This document shows positions 46,686 through 48,172 of a DNA stretch of 48,172 bases, piece by piece. Below the pieces are notes generated by a model. The model made no database searches, was not told the DNA's origin, and worked only from the letters and a program-made list of their open reading frames with translations. The position numbers and the translations under genes are program-made. The stretch lies in contig NW_005434541.1 in the NCBI RefSeq assembly GCF_000315625.1, forward strand, positions 1-48,172. The letters are read 5' to 3'. This DNA comes from Guillardia theta CCMP2712. Taxonomy: Eukaryota; Protista; Cryptophyta. Each line of letters begins with the position of its first letter. Within the stretch, counting starts at the first letter, position 1.

Positions 46686-47279
46686 ATGCTCGGAAAGCGC
46701 CATGGATATTCAGACGAGAGAGAAGAGGGAAGCATAATGGAGATCAGCGAGAGGAGGGAGACAGAAGCTGTCCCTCGCAAGCGAGCTCGTGTCTCCTTCA
46801 ACTCCAACATCATGTACAGGACAGTCATCGTTCATTCCGAGGAGGAGGAGCTTCATTTGACTGAGCTAGCACCAGCCACCAGGGATGAGGGTCTGTTCCA
46901 GGATGCGTTTATGCCCATGAAGACTCACGACGGCTCTTCTGCTGAGTGCGAGATCGCATGGAAGCTCTTCAACGCCGTCCGCACGGATAGGAGCATGACA
47001 ACGTTTCACCAGATGGTGGAACTGATTGCGATGCAAGGCATGGCGGACTTGCTCCTGAAAGTGAAGGGTGTCATCATGGAGTTGATCATCCGCATTGCCC
47101 GCAAGGGATCCGCTGGGTTCGCCAAGTCGGCGTCTGTCTTCAAGAAGTCCTCCCTCCCCGTGCTGCTGGAGATTACCAAGGCTCTCCATGCATCGGCCAT
47201 GAGGATTCGATGCAGATCGGGGCATACCGTCTGCCATGCTGGCGCTTCTGCTCCTGTTGCACTCACGACTTGCACATGA
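46686..47279 (+). CDS. Intronless orphan protein with an RVSF (RVxF) motif; paralogue B
   Basis: 197-aa ATG-started ORF with TATAAA at 46644-46649. Shares RVSFN, K.HDG, G..DL.LKVK..I..LIIRIA..GSAG and SS.P....I.KALHA.A.R with paralogue A. Confidence 0.8.
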   Translation: MLGKRHGYSDEREEGSIMEISERRETEAVPRKRARVSFNSNIMYRTVIVHSEEEELHLTELAPATRDEGLFQDAFMPMKTHDGSSAECEIAWKLFNAVRTDRSMTTFHQMVELIAMQGMADLLLKVKGVIMELIIRIARKGSAGFAKSASVFKKSSLPVLLEITKALHASAMRIRCRSGHTVCHAGASAPVALTTCT

Positions 47280-47314
47280 GGTTGTAGAGGAGGTGTAGAA
47301 TTCTTTCAAGCTTG

Positions 47315-47426
47315 TCATTTTTCCTGTAAATAAAATTCTTTCTGCCACATACCTCCTTGCCGTCTCTCGTGAAGCTTATCCGATGTTTTGCTCTGAGGGA
47401 AAGCGTTCGCCTCATGCAGGATTAAG

Positions 47427-47492
<66 letters not shown>

Positions 47493-48172
47493 GGGAGCAG
47501 GAGCAGGAGCGGGAGCAGGAGCAAGAGGTTGATGGAAGTCTGGGAGGAGGTACGAGAGGATTAGAGGAAGGCAAGACATCCTTTATCATCTAGTGGGCCA
47601 AAGAAGGAAGAGAAAGAGGGATGGCCATATCAGCAGCCAGAAAGGAGAGAAGCGCGTGAGATCGATATCAGCAGCCAGAAAGGAGAGAAGCGCGTGAGAT
47701 CGAGGCTGTAGTCACCGTCATTTCCATCAGGGAGGGAGGCGGGGAGGGGGGAGGGGGGAGGGGAGTGGGGAGGGAGAGGGGGATGAGCGAGAAAAGGAGG
47801 AGGAGAGGGAGGAGGAGGAGGGAGGCAAGGGTCCACTAACCTTTGCACGATGAGATATCTCCTCCTGCCGCCCACGTACGACAGCATCAGCATGCAGAGC
47901 CTGCGAGCGGCGTGTGAGCGAGGAGGGCGGAGGAGGAGGAGCGGATGCCTGATGGGAAAGAAGTATGCGAAGGCTGCGGCGATGGGAGGGCGGAGGGTGG
48001 GAGGGAGCAAGCTAGAAGATACACAGAGGACCTGCATCCTGCACGGTAGTGTCAGTGAAGTGAAGTGGGAGAGGGAGGCAGCATAAGGGAGGGAGACAGG
48101 ATGGTTGTAGCAACGAAGATGATTGAGGTGGCCCGCAAGAAGGGAAGAGGAGAGCTGAAGGAGGGGCGGGGG
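47315..48172 (-). CDS. Probable 3' exons of an unidentified gene entering from the right edge
   Basis: Short non-repetitive exon-like blocks (for example RLCMLMLSYVGGRRRYLIVQR) bounded by AG/GT and separated by microsatellite tracts. Confidence 0.3.
47427..47523. repeat. (CAGGAG)n hexamer microsatellite; the same unit occurs at about 17240, 18600, 24860, 29720, 31090 and 31360
   Basis: Directly visible runs on both strands. Confidence 0.95.
47627..47702. repeat. Exact tandem duplication of 38 bp
   Basis: ATATCAGCAGCCAGAAAGGAGAGAAGCGCGTGAGATCG, two copies. Confidence 0.9.

Noticed and set aside
1-48172. tRNA, rRNA, prokaryotic operons or viral hallmark genes
   Set aside because: None recognised by eye. 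A tRNAscan-SE/Infernal run and a viral HMM search would be needed to exclude them formally.

Overview
Eukaryotic nuclear DNA, not prokaryotic. Genes are split by many short (about 45-60 nt) GT-AG and some GC-AG introns plus longer microsatellite-filled introns. This style plus a ciliary gene suggests a flagellated protist, plausibly a cryptophyte (inference only). The left part (1-32.5 kb) is gene-dense: a GST-N/glutaredoxin-like + C2 fusion gene, a four-domain voltage-gated cation channel, a CDK11/CDKG kinase, an ARM-like protein, a dually acylated low-complexity protein, AHI1/Jouberin, TRAPPC2 and a DHHC-family acyltransferase. The right part (32.6-47.3 kb) is microsatellite-poor. It holds an MDR oxidoreductase-EF-hand-thioredoxin fusion, a coiled-coil protein, an intronless PIF/Harbinger transposase-like gene, two intronless paralogous RVxF-motif orphan genes with shared upstream motifs, and recurrent CpG/palindrome-rich islands next to TACCC/GGGTA-rich tracts. 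The most unusual items are the channel (E-A-D-D filter, internal EF-hand pair, possible RAMA-like N-terminal domain, repeat-expanded S4), the RVxF paralogue pair with its promoter motifs, the DHDC acyltransferase, the modules inserted in AHI1, and the island architecture. All exon models were read by eye and several gene ends are approximate. Most short ORFs in the supplied track are microsatellite or antisense artefacts.
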